Shown: positions 30,640-32,000 of the stretch, one piece after another | How the letters are laid out: the number at the start of each line of letters is the position of its first letter | How positions within the stretch are numbered: position 1 is the first letter of the stretch | Source: Candidatus Methanophagaceae archaeon | Lineage (GTDB): Archaea > Halobacteriota > Syntropharchaeia > Alkanophagales > Methanospirareceae | Direction: 5' to 3' | NCBI GenBank assembly: GCA_003194425.1 | Contig: PQXB01000001.1 | Coordinates: 970,444 to 1,002,443 of the forward strand | DNA length: 32,000 bases | The notes under the pieces: generated by a model | Database searches by the model: none | What the model was told of the DNA's origin: nothing | What the model saw: the letters and a program-made list of their open reading frames with translations, nothing else | Made by a program: the position numbers and the translations under genes

Positions 30640-32000
30640 TCAGATTAGAGTAGTGCGAAAAGTATTATTTTTTTTGTTTTTTTTTTTAGTTTTGTTTTTG
30701 TTAGAGAAAGAATGAAAGGGACCGATTTTTTGCGGCGTCTCGGGCTGCTTACCTTTAAGAAGTTCTTCAATCGTAAAGATTTGCAGCTTTAGATATTTAT
30801 TTCCGAAGGAATCGAGATAAAAGCCAACCTCTGCTGCTTCTTCTTTCATCGGGGCTGTTGCTGTCTTTAGCGTCAAGAAGAAGCCCATCTCAGCCTTCTC
30901 TCGCTCTACAACCCTAATAAGTTCGCGGATTTGGCTTACACCGACCTTACCGCTCTTAACAGAGACGACCGCCTTCTTCGTCTCGCCAGCGTCGTTAAAG
31001 AAGAGAAAGCCGTCAATTCCAGTGTCAGCACCCTTCTTCTTATCGCCGAACGGTCTGGCTCCAATGAGTGAGAGTGCCCACCATTGAAATTGGTAGCGGT
31101 TCTCTTTTGCTAACGCTTCGGCACCTGCTAAATCTACTGGCTCGCCAACGACCGAAAACGCAATATCAGGGAAGTTGGTCTTTAACCGCCATTTCATTAA
31201 CGATATTGCAAGGTGCGTGATGTCAATGCCAATCCAGTTTCTTTTTAGCCTGTGTGCAGCAACGACCGCAGTGCCACAGCCACAGAACGGGTCTAAAACC
31301 GTGTCGCCTTCTTTTGATGATGCTTTTATTATCCGCTCTAACAATGCCTCTGGCTTCTGTGTGCGGTAGCCAACACGCTCCTTGGCCATTGGAGCAAGTA
31401 TTCCAATCTCCCAAACATCAGAGAGCGGTGGTCCAAGAGTCTCCTCCTCAAGCCGCCCGGGTTTGCGGTGCCCAGACGAGAAATCGGCAACTTGCTTTTT
31501 TGTTCCGAATGTTTTTAAGGTTGACTCTGCTAATTGCTCGTATCCGTAAAGGGTGCAAAAAGTGTGCTCCACCGACTTTGAATAGAAGAGAATTACATCG
31601 TGCATTTTTTGAAATCTCTTAGACTTTGCGGGCCATCTTCGATAACGCCAGATTATTTCGTTCTGAAAATTCTCCTTACCGAAGACCGCGTCCAAAACAA
31701 TCCTCAAATAATGGCTCGCTGTAGGGTCACAGTGCAGGTAAAGAGAGCCAGTCGACTTCAAAACTCGCTTCAACTCCAGCAGCCGAATGCACATCATCGT
31801 GAGGTAAGCCATCATATCGCTCCTCGGAAAAACCTCTCTCAATGCACGCATCAAAAGGACGACAGTAGCAGGAGCGGTATTTACAATCTCTTGGAACGCC
31901 CGCTCGCTCTCGCTTGTCCAGTGCCAAGTGTCCTCAAAGGCGGTAATTTGTGCTGCCGACTGCTCGCCACTCTGCTCTTTAAAAAGGATGTTGTAACTGG
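30640..32000 (-). CDS. Beta-class N6-adenine/N4-cytosine DNA methyltransferase (PF01555-like) fused to a C-terminal Mrr-like PD-(D/E)xK domain; N-terminus beyond the right edge
   Basis: SAM motif I is VLDPFCGCGTAVVAAHRLKRNWIGIDI. The frame stays open to 32000 in my translation (SYNILFKEQSGEQSAAQITAFEDTWHW..), so the DPPY motif should lie off-window. The C-terminal GADTGIDGFLFF...AVVSVKSGKVGVSQIRELIRVVEREKAEMGFFLT resembles the Mrr catalytic domain (D..(S/Q)xK). Confidence 0.8.
   Translation of the reverse strand, partial: SYNILFKEQSGEQSAAQITAFEDTWHWTSESERAFQEIVNTAPATVVLLMRALREVFPRSDMMAYLTMMCIRLLELKRVLKSTGSLYLHCDPTASHYLRIVLDAVFGKENFQNEIIWRYRRWPAKSKRFQKMHDVILFYSKSVEHTFCTLYGYEQLAESTLKTFGTKKQVADFSSGHRKPGRLEEETLGPPLSDVWEIGILAPMAKERVGYRTQKPEALLERIIKASSKEGDTVLDPFCGCGTAVVAAHRLKRNWIGIDITHLAISLMKWRLKTNFPDIAFSVVGEPVDLAGAEALAKENRYQFQWWALSLIGARPFGDKKKGADTGIDGFLFFNDAGETKKAVVSVKSGKVGVSQIRELIRVVEREKAEMGFFLTLKTATAPMKEEAAEVGFYLDSFGNKYLKLQIFTIEELLKGKQPETPQKIGPFHSFSNKNKTKKKNKKNNTFRTTLI

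Noticed and set aside
1-32000. Assigning the window to a Borg element itself
   Set aside because: The TR syndrome matches published Borg descriptions. However, this DNA looks far more GC-rich over most of its length than my recollection of AT-rich Borgs. Genes are on both strands, and it carries core genes (purF, rpl10e, signal peptidase, LeuB-family). I cannot compute GC or see the contig ends, so I report only the resemblance, not the identity.
24000-32000. Calling the defence island a mobile element or integrated provirus
   Set aside because: There is no integrase, transposase, capsid or terminase-like gene in the window, and no flanking att-like direct repeats beyond the RM-paralogue homology. 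The mosaic composition supports horizontal acquisition, but mobility cannot be shown.

Overview
The window looks archaeal, of euryarchaeal type. Supporting evidence includes ribosomal protein L10e/uL16, a Sec11-type signal peptidase, a PGF-CTERM sorting signal, an Fsr-type F420-dependent sulfite reductase, and TATA-like boxes about 25-35 bp upstream of start codons. I see no rRNA, tRNA, CRISPR array, integrase or transposase. There are four blocks. (1) About 0.4-9 kb is a visibly AT-richer cell-envelope glycosylation cluster: a UbiA-like prenyltransferase, a GH42-like hydrolase, a GT-C glycosyltransferase, a SAM methyltransferase, a radical-SAM/SPASM enzyme and a GT4. It is followed by a translationally coupled methyltransferase-like/DUF362 pair. 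(2) About 11.8-17.2 kb is a GC-richer housekeeping block: DUF373, purF, signal peptidase, rpl10e and a LeuB-family dehydrogenase, then a RelE-type toxin-antitoxin pair and a DUF2254-like membrane protein. (3) About 19.4-23.9 kb is a sulfur/redox neighbourhood: Fsr, a NifU-like protein, a thioredoxin-DsbD/CcdA fusion and a PGF-CTERM-anchored rhodanese-like protein. (4) About 24-32 kb is a decaying, mosaic defence island. It holds a relic of a restriction-modification (RM) gene, vapBC, a frameshifted UPF0175 antitoxin, an SDH/ClpP-fold protease, a single-chain type IIG/IIL RM enzyme, an unknown 449-aa coiled-coil protein, and a beta-class methyltransferase fused to an Mrr-like nuclease domain. 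The most unusual signal is not a gene. About 20 perfect or near-perfect head-to-tail short tandem repeat loci are scattered across the window. Every locus inside an intact CDS has a unit length divisible by 3 and encodes low-complexity peptide inserts, even in purF. Non-coding loci have units of 11, 14, 15 and 16 bp. One 11-bp duplication frameshifts a gene remnant. This matches the tandem-repeat syndrome published for Borg extrachromosomal elements of Methanoperedens, but here it sits among core housekeeping genes in GC-richer DNA. All family assignments come from motif recognition by eye; no searches were run.
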